A stretch of DNA of 63,822 nucleotides, filler included, from Choristocarpus tenellus KU-1152 (taxonomy: Eukaryota; Protista; Phaeophyceae), in the NCBI GenBank assembly GCA_964200185.2. It is 10 parts of 10 records of this genome, joined end to end, with 100 filler letters (N's around TTAATTAATTAA, not from the genome) between each part and the next. Parts side by side here need not be neighbours in the genome. Positions count along the whole stretch, not along the records: positions 1 to 9,165 come from CAXNAD020003926.1; positions 9,266 to 15,052 come from CAXNAD020009756.1; 8 more parts are not named here. The stretch is one strand, 5' to 3'. Shown piece by piece: positions 1-12,200 of the stretch (its first letter is position 1; each line of letters starts with the position of its first letter). The notes beneath the pieces are model-generated. The model had not been told where the DNA came from. It made no database searches and worked only from the letters and a program-made list of their open reading frames with translations. Made by a program: the position numbers and the translations under genes.

Positions 1-55
1 ATCAAAAAATTGACCCCAAATGGACTCCCGCCCCCCCCCCCAGATACTTCGAGCC
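1..55. mobile_element. MITE family C, terminal fragment
   Basis: Ends in CCCCCAGATACTTCGAGCC, preceded by AAAAATTGACCCCAAATGGAC; same terminus at 9126, 21998, 37267, 52655, 52702, 54954 and both ends of 58302-58548. Confidence 0.75.
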
Positions 56-439
56 TTTATCGGCTATCAAAGCACGTGCTACCCTATCAGAAATCTCTAT
101 TATTCCTCCCATGAACCCCTGTAGGACAACATAGAATCACAGGAGCAGAGAGTGTGGGAAATGAGAGTATTTAGGGATGCCCTGCTTGTTTTGTTTTCCC
201 AGAATAAGTAAGGATAAGGCACATATGTGGTATGATACCTAAGGTCTTGTTGCTAGGTTGGGAAACACTGATGATATCGTAAAACCTAGTACACAACTTT
301 ACAATAGCTCAAGATCAGTAAGCCAAAATTGCCACAAGCAGGACATGTAACAATGGTTGCAGAAGCTCTTTCCTACTCCTCATAACCTCTTTAGGGCGTG
401 AGTGAAGTTTCTTTTCCTTCTCAAAAGTGTCGTTTCACT

Positions 440-696
440 CAGTCAAAGTATCTTAGAGGTTAGAGCTGTGTCCATTTGGGGACCAAAATCCGATGTTGCG
501 ATTTTGATGTAATTTTGACTATCGTGATTATTAGGAAGTGTCGATATCCTTGTTCCGGACACACCTTTTCATAGCATATACATTTTACCTACTCCAAAAC
601 ATTTTGGAGTAGGAAAGTGTGACAAAAACCTCGTGGGAAGCCAAGCTCAAATGGACAAACAGGGCAAAACTCGTACTCTCTAAGATACTTTCACTC
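440..696. mobile_element. MITE family A (~257 bp)
   Basis: TIRs AGTCAAAGTATCTTAGAGG / CTCTAAGATACTTTCACTC; internal hairpin CCTACTCCAAAA-CA-TTTTGGAGTAGG; colinear with the copies at 4693, 24401, 34777, 39804 and 39959. Confidence 0.9.
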
Positions 697-809
697 ACAC
701 TTTCCATACTGCTGGTGTATATCAGTCATCCAACATTATTCTAACCCCCCTCGCGTCGTGAATGTTTCATCTTGCCACATACGAGTTCCTGGTTATGCAG
801 ATAATGAAC

Positions 810-2870
810 CTTTATTGAACAGTACTGTTGATTCTTCCACTGACATTCCAGTAGTTTCACTCAGAAATATTCAAGCCCACCCCACCCATTCGGGAGATTC
901 CAGGAGGCGCTCGGAATTTAGAAGGAGCAGGTGGTAGATTTTTTTATGTTAATGGTTTAATTCAATTTACAGTACGACTTGGTGACATACCAATGCCGAC
1001 CCAAGCAGTTGTCATACCTAACTTGGGAGTAGATGCAATTTTCAGTGATCACATCTGAGTTCACTACACCAGTGCATACAGTAAAAAAGATATACCTTCC
1101 CCTTGGCACGGAAACGCCTGTCCTAGTTTGTTCTCAGGCAGTCAGAGGAGCAGCTACTGATTCAGTGGTAGAACCTATCATTCATATTGGCACAGAACTT
1201 CAGCAAGAGGACAACATACATCCCCACCGGCAACATATTATGGTCAGTCAAACCCTCACTGTTTTGGGATGATGGAGGATGTTTAGTCAAAATTGCTCAT
1301 TTATCTCAATAAGGGGTCAAGCTGCCAGCGAACTTCGTAGTTGGTCATATCTCCCCTGTGTCAACCACATATTCTCTTTCAGATGATATCATAAGTGCAG
1401 CTACAGCCGTACTATCTACTCCCGAAGAACTAAAACAAGCTAGGGATGATTTGAAGAAGGTTTTTCTAAGAAGACTTTTGCAAAAACACGACCGATGCTT
1501 CCTAAATAAGAGGAATGACTAGATATTGTGGCTAATTTCAGGCCAGTCTTTTCATTATCTGAAAGTGAATTAGGTTGTTGCACCACTACTTCTGTTGATT
1601 TTCCAATATAATCAGGCGCTAAACCTGTTAGTAGACCACTGTATCGCGCAGCACCAAAAATATGTGACAATATTTGTCAGTGTGTAATTGATATGGAGAA
1701 AAAGGGCATTGTATAACCCTCATCTAGCCCATGGGCATTCCCTATTACCATTGTTGCAAAGCTTGATGCATCTCCTCGTTTCCGTGTGGATTTTAGAGGA
1801 ACCGTTAAGAAACATTTGATACGTGATTCATGGCCTTTACCATCCATGGACAAGTGTTTGTCCCCCTTGGGGGGTTCAAAATATTTATCTTGTTAGATAT
1901 CCAATCAGCCTATTGGCAACTACCGATAACTGATGAATATCAACGACAATAGACTGCATTCATCACACCAGATGGGAAATAGGAGTTTCAGAGGTTCCCA
2001 TTTTGGAGTCCAAAACACACTGTGGACCTTCCAACTCTCATGTCTGAAACCATTCTACTAACGGTCCTTCCTGTGGGTTATTGGTGTCTGTAGACGATAT
2101 GGTTTTGGCCTCTCCATCTAGGGCACACCATCAACAGTAAATCACTACGGTACTGTCAAATGTTGCAAATTGTAGGGGTCACGTTAAAGTCATCCAAGGC
2201 TCAATTTGCCTCAAAGCAAATCCAGTATTTGGGACATGATGTTAGTCTACAAGGAATAGCTATTTCACAAGCTGGTATGGAAGCTTTAGAAATGCATCCC
2301 CCTCAAACCGCGAAAGGCTTAAAATCTTTCTTTGGTTCTCTGAACTTTGTGATGAAGTACATTTCTCACCTATCAACAGGAACAGAACCGTTTGAATTGA
2401 TTCGCCATACACTAAAGGGAGGTCCAAGAAGATATCACATCACCCCAAAGTGATGTGATATCTCATATAGATGGAATCGACCACAACAAACTGCTTTTGA
2501 CAAGTCAAACGACGTTTAACCATGTCTCCAGTTCTACTCTTCCATGTTTTTTCTAAGGAATTTCTTCTCAATGTAGATGCTAGTAATGTTGGGACAGAGG
2601 GTGTTTTTGACTCTTAAAAATGAACATGGCAATTTTGATATAATTGCATATCATAGTGCCTCGCAGTTATTCTGGCAATTCAACACTGGAGAACATGTAT
2701 TTGAGGTAAACATTTCACAGTTATTAGTGATCATTCAGCCTTCCAGTGACTGTATATGATGCAAGACACATCCACTCTGCTAACTCGATGGGCTCTGCAA
2801 AGTTTTGTTTTTACTATCCTTCATAAGCCTGGCAGATTACATTACATCCCAGATATGTTGTCATGTCCTC
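810..2870 (+). mobile_element. Ty3/gypsy pol remnant (protease-RT-RNase H), pseudogenised
   Basis: Broken-frame motifs in gypsy order: SSPWAFPITIVAK..PRFRVDFR (~1725-1795), LDIQSAYWQLP, AFITPDG, SVDDMVL (~2090, YxDD), IQYLGHDVS, VDAS (RNase H, ~2575), LLTRWALQSFVFTILHKPGRLHYIPDMLS. Many stops and frameshifts. The protease assignment (~815-860) is weak. Confidence 0.9.
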
Positions 2871-3062
2871 AACTGGAAGAATTCTGTAAACATGAACCTG
2901 AACCTGCACCCCTAATCCCTGTATGTCGAAATGTGGGAGCAGAAACCACTGCATCAATTTCTCAAGCAAGTATGTATATCCAGCCTATGAATTGTCTGTG
3001 GATCGATTCGGTGAAATCACTAGGGTGGCAATTGACTCTGAGCTCTTCGTTAGCTCCATCAA

Positions 3063-5408
3063 TGATCGCTCAGTAAAAAATGATATTGTGAATTCAGTGT
3101 TTTTTCTTGAGATACTCAAAGGAAGATGAAAAAGATGGGTGGGTTTCTCTGTGATGTGTGTGGGTGTGTGTGGGAGTGGTTGTGGGTGGTATGTGAAGGG
3201 AATAGTGTTGTTGGAGGTGAGGATATGGTGTAGTTGTGGGTGAGTTAAAGATAGGAAGACGAGGTTGTTTGAGGACGGAAAAAGGTTGGGTGGATCTGGG
3301 GCGGTCAGTGGGATGAGGGGACCGTGGGTGGGTAAGCAGCAAGGAGCTTCTGGGTAGGTAGAGGGAGTTGTAGGATGATGTGTGGGTAGGGTTGGAAGGG
3401 AAGGGTAAGTAGGGGTGGTGGTCTTGAATAGGTTTTGTAGTGAGTCGGGTGGGTGAGATTTGGTGGGGTGACAGTGGGGCTGAGGTCCTCACCTTTTTGT
3501 TTGGTAGATCAGTGGTGCTAATGTTGTGGGTTCTTGTGCAGGTTCTGTGATGTGTAGGGGGGAGGGGGGGTCTTGAGGTGAGGGGTCTCGAACAGGTGCT
3601 GTGTGTGGGCAGGTTGTTTCTTGAGCAAAGGCTATGGTGTATGGTGGGAGTGCTCTTCAGCAGATGCTATGGGGTGTAGGGGCTTGTGAACGCGTGGTTG
3701 ATGTGGTGGTGGTAACAGTAGGTGGAGGTGACTGTGTAGCGCCTCCTGGAAAATGAGGTAGGTGAGACTGGGCTTGTGACAGTGGTGTGGTGTGGACAGT
3801 GATAAGGGGGTGCCTGGGAGTGGTGGAAATTGTTGGGGTTGCTAAAGGGCATTGATGGAGGTGGTCAGTGGTATGGAGGGTAGTGACAGTGGGATGGATG
3901 GTGCGGAGATGGTGGAGGCCCCGGTCATTGGGGTGGGCAAGGCAGTTGTGCAGATGAGGAGGGATGAATAGGCTGGGACAGGTGTGACTGAGGGGGAGGG
4001 GGGCAGGGGGGCAGCTAAGTTAGTGTGTGGGGTGGTAGAGTGGGTAGGTGAAGCCAAGAGGGCAGTGCTGGGAGTGTTTGGGTCAGGAGGAGGCAGGATC
4101 GGGAGACATGGCGAGAAATCCAAGTAGTACAAGGTGTCCAAGCTCCGGAATGCGTGTCTGCCCATTGTCATTCAGTAGTTGTGGATGTGAGTAATCACTG
4201 TAGTCCAGCCAGTAGTCACCGTAGCGCATGTGGAGTACAAATGACAACTAAAATCAGGTACCGGCAGGACAGTAAAGGACAAGGGGGCAGGTGGTGATGT
4301 TTTTTGCTGCAACAGTCTAGTGAAGGTGGCTTGCCAGTGTGCAGTGAGATGGAGATTCCCTATGCCGGAGGCAGTGATGGGATGGGCAGGGGGGGAAAGA
4401 TGTGGTAAGGGGTGGTGAATGGTTTGGATAGAGGGAGAGATTGGCAATGGGGGATGTGCAGCCAGAATCAACTATGAATGAGGTGAGGTCGGTTGTGGGT
4501 GTGCCTTGTACTGGGTGTGTTTGTTTGTGGTGTAGGGGTGTGTGCTTGGTCGTGATTGGAAGTAGGTGGGGGTGGAGTAGGTGGGTGAGTGACGGAGGGG
4601 TGGAGAAGGTGTCGATGTTGTACTCAACTTTCTTGACCAGTGTGGGAGGGTGTCAGGTGGTAAGAATGCTGGGCGTCAGGGAGTGGGACAAGGAGTGAAA
4701 GTATCTTAGAGGGTATGAGTATTGCCCTGTTTGTCCATTTGGGGCTTGGGTTCCCATGGGGTTTTTTATGACATTTTCCTACACCAAATGTATAGGAGTA
4801 GATAAAATGTATACGTTTTGAAAAGGTGTGTCCCAAACATAGATATTGACACTTCCTAATAAACACGATAGTCAAAATTACATCAAAATCGCAACATTGG
4901 ATTTTGACACCCAAATGGACGCGGTGCTACCCTCTAAGATACTTTTGTTCAAGGGCATGGGATGGGGGTGGGGTGGGGTGGTTGTTTGGGGACAGAAGGA
5001 CGGTTGGGGCATTGGCGCAGGTGGTGCCTGGGTTGGTGACAGGAGTGGCAGTGGTAAGATCGAGCAGTGGGAACAAGGATGGGAGGTCCCCAACTCAGCT
5101 TGAAGCCTTGCAGAGGGGTGTGAGTCACTGGTCGGGATCCTTGCCAGTTTCCATCGTATGGTGCTAAAAGTGGTGAGGAACAGCCTGCATCCGTTGTTCT
5201 GTCGCAGCTTTGTACTTGGACTTCAGGACCTGCCATGCTGACAGGCCATCGTACTTTGAGTGAAATGCGTAATCTGTGTTTTAAAGAGAAATTGTAGTGC
5301 TGCAAAGCACGGATGTAATTGTTTTGTTGTAACTGAGGTGATTGATCGCTCAGTCAAGAATGATTGATGTGAATTCAGTGTTATTTCTCGAGATACTCAA
5401 AGGAAGAA
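3063..5408 (-). mobile_element. Ty1/copia remnant (gag zinc knuckle, protease, decayed integrase) between ~65-bp direct repeats
   Basis: Minus strand: CHSCHQPRHHLRQC (CX2CX4HX4C, ~5010-5055), FIVDSGCTS (~4455-4480), ITASGIGNL...TVLPVPDFSCHLYS, HLHNCLAHPN (pre-integrase-like). Direct repeat TGATCGCTCAGT...GAGATACTCAAAGGAAGA at 3063-3126 and 5343-5406. No RT seen. Confidence 0.75.
4693..4950. mobile_element. MITE family A inserted in the copia remnant
   Basis: GAGTGAAAGTATCTTAGAGGGTA ... TACCCTCTAAGATACTTTTGTTC; flanked by (C)AAG on both sides. Confidence 0.9.
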
Positions 5409-5629
5409 GTCCATGCTCTGAGGAGAGGCTTGTTACATTGGTGGACAAGGGTTTCTTTGGATGGTTAACCCTGAATATATGGCATCCAGGTGTGTATCAG
5501 GTACACTTATTGCAGAGTGAACTTGGTGTATTATGAGAAGGCAATGACAACCAAGAAAGAAAAAGTAATTAACATTTAACGTGCATCTGGGGTCTTCTTC
5601 TGTTAAGAACAAAACAGAAAAACAAAGTA

Positions 5630-7324
5630 CAAACTCCGTGCCATAAGTCTGTGCCATGTTGTTCATACCTTTTGAAGACGATGAAATTTATTTCTGAAAG
5701 AAGATTCGGAATCCTTGACGAATTTCTGGTTCAGCTCTTTTTATTATTATTACTCCCCATCCATCACAATTTCATCAGCCACGGGACAAGTCTCCATGTC
5801 TTTTTTTGGCGTGTTTTCAAGCTCACCAGACAACTCCCTATTCCTTACCCCTGTGTGCTCCACACTGAAGTCATTCGCCCCTTTGTATCTAAGTACTTCA
5901 TTGTACACCACAAAAAGGAGCTGCCAAACCCTCTCAAGTTTGGTTTCATCACACTCATACTGTTTCTTAATAACCTTCATCATCTCCTCGATGGACACAA
6001 GCCACTTCCCCATCTCGCGGTATTTCAAGGACCTGAAGAAGCACAGGTCCATGATATTGAGGTCGTGGGAGTTAGATCATTGTGTCGTAAGCCTAATCGA
6101 CCACCCCTCGGTCTTCCCCGCCCCTGACAAGATTTCTGAGTTGCCCTTGCCCTTGTGGAGGGTGGCACCGTCTTGCTGAAAGACAATGTGCTTCCCCTGC
6201 AACCAAGACATCTTGGTCTTGATTGTAGGCAGTAACTCCTCCGTGTACCACTTCCTGTACCACAAATGGTCGAAAGTACAGCCCTCCTCATACACATCCC
6301 CCTCTTTATGGTTCTTGCTTGTCCTGTCTGCTAGTTTTGACACACACACACGCCAAAAACCAAGCTTTCCATCAAAGCTGTGAGCCGAATCTGGGCGTTG
6401 GCTGCAATGATCATGACTTTGGGGATACGACTCTTGTGCTGCACAGTAGGGGAACCTGGAAGGTCGCTATAATCCTCATGTGGTAATACCCTATAACCCT
6501 TTCCCCATCAGCCATCACGTAAAAACAGGTTTCACCCATATATGGATTGTGTTCAGCATGGAGGCGTACACACCACGTTTCCAGTCCACTTAATTGCAAA
6601 CTCCATTCTCCATACCTTTTGCCACGATTTAAGCTTAGGTTTGATCCAGCGGCGATTCGGCATGGCCCCCATATCATCCGCCCACCTGCTTATGGTGCTC
6701 ATGCTATAATCCAGCCCCTTGGTGGCCATCTTTATTGTCACCTGACACAGTGTGGATGACTGACTATCGGAGTTGACTATTGGAGTTGATAGTATGTCTT
6801 GTAGCCATCTTGGTTGGTGTGAGCTCCGAAGGCTGCCCACTACGTGCCCCCACCCCTAGGTCAAGTGTGTGGCCACGGGTGAGCTGATTGGCCTCGTCTT
6901 CCCAGAGCCCTCGCATGTAACACCCACATACTCCAAAATTTCGCTGTGAGGGCTGGCCCAACGTGTAGCAGCAGTTGATGCTCAGCAGGGACCATCGCGA
7001 GGGTGTGCCACACTGCAAGCGTAACCCTGGTATTCAGGGACACTTGGGCACCCTTCCTACGTGGGGGGGTTGACTGGGGGGTTGTCATGCCATCGTTCTG
7101 ACCCTTGATGTGCCCAGCTCTGGCCTCAAAATCATCCACAAAGACCCCTACTTTGACGGCTTGAAGTACCTTGAGTCTGTACTTGATGATTTTCGACCCT
7201 CACCTTTTCTGAAAGCTGAGATTATCAACCCGATTTCATTCTGTTGGATTATCATCCGATTTGGTTCTGTTCTCACTCGGTGAGTCCAGATGTTTCGTGG
7301 CACAAACTTGTGGCACAGAGTTAG
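5630..7324 (-). mobile_element. Full-length Tc1/mariner element (plant/oomycete DD39D-like) with decayed transposase
   Basis: 27-bp TIRs CAAACTCCGTGCCATAAGTCTGTGCCA (5630-5656) and 7298-7324 (23/27 match); TA on both flanks. Minus-strand motifs: STISRW...IKPKL..QKVWRMEF, MGETCFYV (first-D region), FDGKLGFW...RTSKN, FQQDGATLH, Q*SNSHDLNIMDLCFFRSL. Stops and frameshifts present. Confidence 0.9.
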
Positions 7325-7590
7325 TATCAGAATAACACACTATCATCAATATCGTCTGGAACTCGAGTAACGCATGCTGTCCCTGTGTGCATGATGTATA
7401 TTGACTGATCTTGTGCTTCCATGTACTCGTTGTTCTAACGGGTGTTGATGTTGTTGTGATGATGAGTTGAGAATGCAAAAATGACAAAAAGACCATTGCA
7501 GTTGACCAATCAACTCTCAGGGCGAGTTGGTGATACTGTATCATATCAAGAAAAACAAATGGTGGACTATGTTTTAACAAGGAGCTGTCG

Positions 7591-8210
7591 AATCCTGCTT
7601 ACGACAGATAGTGTCTTTCACAAGACATGTGGCTCTATCAAGATGTGTAATGAGTTTTAAGCTAGAGATACTAGGATGATGGGCAAGGAGGGTCCTGTGA
7701 GATTCTTGGGATGCTTCCCTAGCTCCTCGCTCTGTGGTGTAGCTCTAAACTAGGTTGGAGGCACAGGAGGGGAGTGGTATAGCATAGCTGGTAGTCACAG
7801 AGGAAATAGAAGATAGAATAATATCTTTCGCATTTACGACAACTGCTACTTTTGCAGGAGTTATTACATTTAATCGACTTGTCATTGGTTTTTCCCCTGA
7901 CACATCTGGAAAATGTTGAAGGGCATAATAATATTATTATTACCACTACTATTGTTATTGTGGAAAGCAGGTTTGTTATTATTCCCTTATTGCCATATAT
8001 ACCGTTATAATGATTGAAGCTAGGTTGGAGGCATAGGAGCGGTGTACACATAACATTGAAATCGCGAGGCTTTATTGGAGTGGTGTAGTATAGCTGGTAG
8101 TCAAATAGCAAAGTAAATTTGGAGAGATATCTTTCACATTCACGACACTGGTTATTTTTACAGGGGTCCTTATCATATTGAACTGTTTTTTCACCTAACA
8201 CATCTGCAAA
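7591..8210 (+). repeat. Dispersed repeat family D with an internal imperfect duplication
   Basis: Core TTTTAAGCTAGAG...GGGCAAGGAG...AGATTCTTGGGATGCTTCCCTAGCTCCTCGC also at ~14830-15005 (+) and ~35425-35592 (-). Segment TAGGTTGGAGGCA...TAGCTGGTAGTCA...ATCTTTC occurs at 7751 and 8021. Confidence 0.75.
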
Positions 8211-9125
8211 ATGTCAAAGGATATATTGAAATATGGTTTCTTTTTAGAGAACTTCGGTTCAACTGTCTGGAGGGTCTTCGGAGGGATATATTTCCGACGC
8301 GGATAAAGTCTCTTATTGAGTACGTTTTTTACGAAGGCGCATCTCCCATCTCTGGAGGGTTCCTATCTGAAACCCATCCAAACCATGATCCTCCCCATTT
8401 CCTCAGTTAGATCATAACTTAATCTCATCTTGGAGGGTTCCTGAACCACGCCAACTGGTGACCATGTTCATTCTGATATCTTGTCTACCATAATGTTGGA
8501 GGAAACCAATGGCCTACCTTGTAATCTATCCTTTCGCACCTTCTATACTTACACTTGTTCCTTGTGAACTGCACCGCTGAATTTCCCAAACTCCAGTCTA
8601 CCCTTCATTTTATTTAAGTATTGGCTCTGAATCCTATCTCAATTCTAAAGGCTAAACTCCAGATGTGTCCCCAAGCACGCTATGTTTATTTCCACTTTCT
8701 GCATATCTTCTGCCTACTACCTCGGTGGGATATCCCCTAGTTTGCCATTTCCACCCCCCACTTTTAGGCGGTGCTAATGTTAATACAAGGCCAGAACTGA
8801 CATGGCCAACAGACACATACAAATGAGAGAGGCTACTCTCTGCTAGGGTGGAATAAAAGAAATGCAAAAAAATACAAACCAAATATCTTCCAAGTCCCTG
8901 TGATTGAAATTTTAGACTGTGCTGCTTGCATCTCCTAAATTGAAAAAAAACTTATTTGAAGCCAGAAGTCCAATATACTTATCTCTGAATCTTGACCCTC
9001 CTCTCGTCTGCATTGATGTTATATCCCCCCACCCCACCCCCCTCTCTAACCTTCATCTATCATTTTTTTACATTATTAAATTTATTCATGGAATTTCTTG
9101 GAAGGAAAGAAAAACGATGTTGAAG

Positions 9126-9165
9126 GGGTCAAAGTATCTGGGGGGGGTGGGGTGGTTTGTGAGGG
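9126..9165. mobile_element. MITE family C terminus at contig end
   Basis: GGGTCAAAGTATCTGGGGGGGG directly before the gap. Confidence 0.7.
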
Positions 9166-9265
9166 NNNNNNNNNNNNNNNNNNNNNNNNNNNNNNNNNNN
9201 NNNNNNNNNTTAATTAATTAANNNNNNNNNNNNNNNNNNNNNNNNNNNNNNNNNNNNNNNNNNNN
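9166..9265. other. Artificial contig linker (N44-TTAATTAATTAA-N44)
   Basis: Identical 100-bp spacer with stops in all six frames, also at 15053-15152, 22085-22184, 24703-24802, 37077-37176, 40947-41046, 45124-45223, 54786-54885 and 60996-61095. Confidence 0.98.
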
Positions 9266-12200
9266 AAAGAAGAAAAGAAAAAAAAAGAAAAAAAAAGACG
9301 GGAGGGGAGGGGAGAAAAAAGGAAGGGGGGGGGGGGGGGGGGGGGGCTGTCTGTGTACTCCACTCAACAATCCGATATTGATGTCATCAGGAAGGAATAC
9401 GGATTACATCTCCGCCCACAAGGCACAACAAGGTATCTTGACACGACACCCCACTTGGCAAAAAAAGTCAGCCTCTAACCACGCCATTCCTTACGACCGA
9501 ATGCTTCAGTGGTACAAAGACTATGAAGTCAACACGCCTTCGAGCGTTCTTGGGTCGAGCAGTGATGTCTGCGTTGGGTGTTGCTGATTGCAGTGGAGAG
9601 CACCACTTTTCCTTTTCAAATCGGAAGGTCAAGATCGTCACAAAAAAGACCTCGCTGCTCAAATCAACACCGCACACCACGGACATTGACTTCCACGGTC
9701 TCCAAACCATCAAAGCTGGTAGAAGGAGATAATCTCATGAGAGGCTGCCATTTTTGCCGAGTGGGGGTAAGCCAAGAAATGTCTTCAAGTACCTTCCTTG
9801 TACATGGGCAGATATGGATTTGGGAGTGCAGGCTCTTTTACGAGCACAAATACATGTTCAACCGTGAAACCGCCTCAAGTTTTGAGAAAGTGGGAACTAC
9901 CTTCCTCAATATACACAAACGGGTGCTATGAGGGTCGATTCGCTCCATTCAGTGCAAAGGGGGGTGCAGCTTTTCAAAATGACCCAGCTGCTTGTTTCAG
10001 GCTAGGAACAAGGACTTCTAGCAGATCTTGCCCGCGCGTTCTGGACCCACAACAATAGCAACTCCCCAAAATTCCATTCACACATGACAAGCCCCAAAAA
10101 AACATATCAACTTCCACGCCTGGACATGTGCACAAAGGTGAGCATCCATTACGTAGTTTCTTCAAAATAGAACTTGTGCAGGAAAATTTGATTAGTTCCA
10201 ATGTCTTCAAATGACTACAGAGATTCAAGGAAAGGAAAGGAGAGGAAGGTGGCGTGACGACAGTTAGTAATGTCCACCCCTTTTGCGTGCATTATTAGTG
10301 ATGATAGCTACTATTGATAATCATTAAAGCATCTTCAAATAATCTCCTTCTACACAAGCAATCAGCGTCTGGAAGGTGACACTCGTCTTCAAAAATGGCA
10401 AGGACGAACTGACCTTTCAATTCCCACAATCACCCAACCCAATTACCACAGTATGGAGTGTGGTGAGGAAAGGAGGGCGCAATTCATTCTCAATATTCCA
10501 ATATCCCATCTACAGTATTAAATTATTATCTTAGTTTGGCGGCACTATTCTGTTCCTACCACAGTACTCTAGTGTAGAGCTAATCGAGAATGTTACATGA
10601 ATACACATGTATGGAAAAATTACCCCACAGTAAATTTCACTACTGAACTGAGTAAACCTGTCCTGCTTCCGCACACTTTACACAACAATCCAAAATTGTG
10701 GGGTATGGAGGTTGCATCGTCCAGCTTTGACATCAAATTGTGCTATGAATAACGATCTGATCACATTAATCCCAAAGCAGAAAGACCACGACAACTCGTG
10801 GTTCTTACCAAGCTCTATTATCGTATTAAAGCATGATACAAAGAAGACACTACCCTACCTTTCCTTGGAACTTACTTCATCAGCAGACTACGACTCTATT
10901 GTTCAGTCAGGATCTCTACTATTCCAAAGCATGCTACTAGAAGTAGTATGGAAAAAAAAGAGGTAACTTTCAACGCACACAGCAGCGTTGTGCAGTGCCA
11001 TGGAGGGGAACATGAAGGGCACTTGCCTTGGAGCGTCCTTCGGCGTAGCCCCAACAGTGTCCGTGCTAGGTGCAGTGGATTGCAGCATGGACCATCCTCA
11101 CTCCTCTGGCCCCCAAAAGGCGGATAACCAAAGGTAAAAATTGAAATTGAGGAGCATGGAGCAAAATTCAACCTCTCCATTCAGCTATGGGCTGTGAGTT
11201 TACCAAATAACTGAGTATTAATCTTATATTATACATACGCCGTATGTATATAATCATACGGAGTGAATGACTACAATATTGCCATTGAGAAATATAATAT
11301 GAATCAATATACATAAAGCTCTATCATTTCCCTTGTCTATTGACATTTTGCAGAGTGATACTGTTGCGGTAGAGCGAAAGGCATCACGCCAGATAAAACA
11401 AACAAATACAACAACAACAAAAGAGTTATAACAACAATGACCCCTTCTTATGCAACAGGAATATTAACAGTTCCTATATAGTTCTACATTTTCAAAAACA
11501 AGAAACAGATGCCATCCTACACAGCCCTTACAGGATCATATATGAAATCGAGAATCAGTGGATGCAATAACCCAAGTTACTGCCAGACCGACAATATGAT
11601 GACGGTCTGGAAATCCAAGCAGTCGACCAAGATTTGCCTAGTCCACCAGCTTGGGGTGCATCTCAAGCTTCAAGTGCACAGTGCAGCTTCGTTGTACTAC
11701 TTCAACAGTTACAAACACCATTTGTCACACAGGTGCATCTCCACCCTTCCCCTCCTGCTATGCTGAACCCCCTTGCTCCCCTACCACCCTCTACATAAGT
11801 TACTAGCTCCAATCCCAAAATTACTCACCCTACTTCATCACAAATTTTAACATAGAGTTTAACGTACGCCGTATCATACTTAGTCATCATTGTCACAACT
11901 ATGCAAAGTACTGCGTAAGTGTCTTGCGTTTTCCATAAAATATTCATACCAACAACCTAGTGGCTGGTCTGGCCGTGATAGTGTATGAGAGTGCCATTTC
12001 GATAGAAGGGAAAGCAGTGGGTGTCCTATCGTGGAATGATCATGATGGGAGGGCAAGGAAATCCGTTAACAGCAGGAAATAGGGAACGCGGTGCTACATG
12101 TCATGCAGTGTTTCCTTAGCAGTACTCACAACCAGAGTCCAGGATTGACGCACCCACTTGGATTACTTGGTTGCCTCAGTGAGGTGGGAAAAACAAGCAG

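Noticed and set aside
3094-4171. Pro/Thr/His-rich ORFs as mucin- or extensin-like genes
   Set aside because: They are products of the C/A-skewed decayed copia strand.
7719-8201. 160-aa Cys-rich ORF with internal repeat as a real protein
   Set aside because: It coincides with the duplicated part of repeat D, and the 14830 copy does not obviously keep the frame.
11230-11250. Perfect short hairpin TATACATACG-C-CGTATGTATA
   Set aside because: Single AT-rich palindrome with no second copy or element context.
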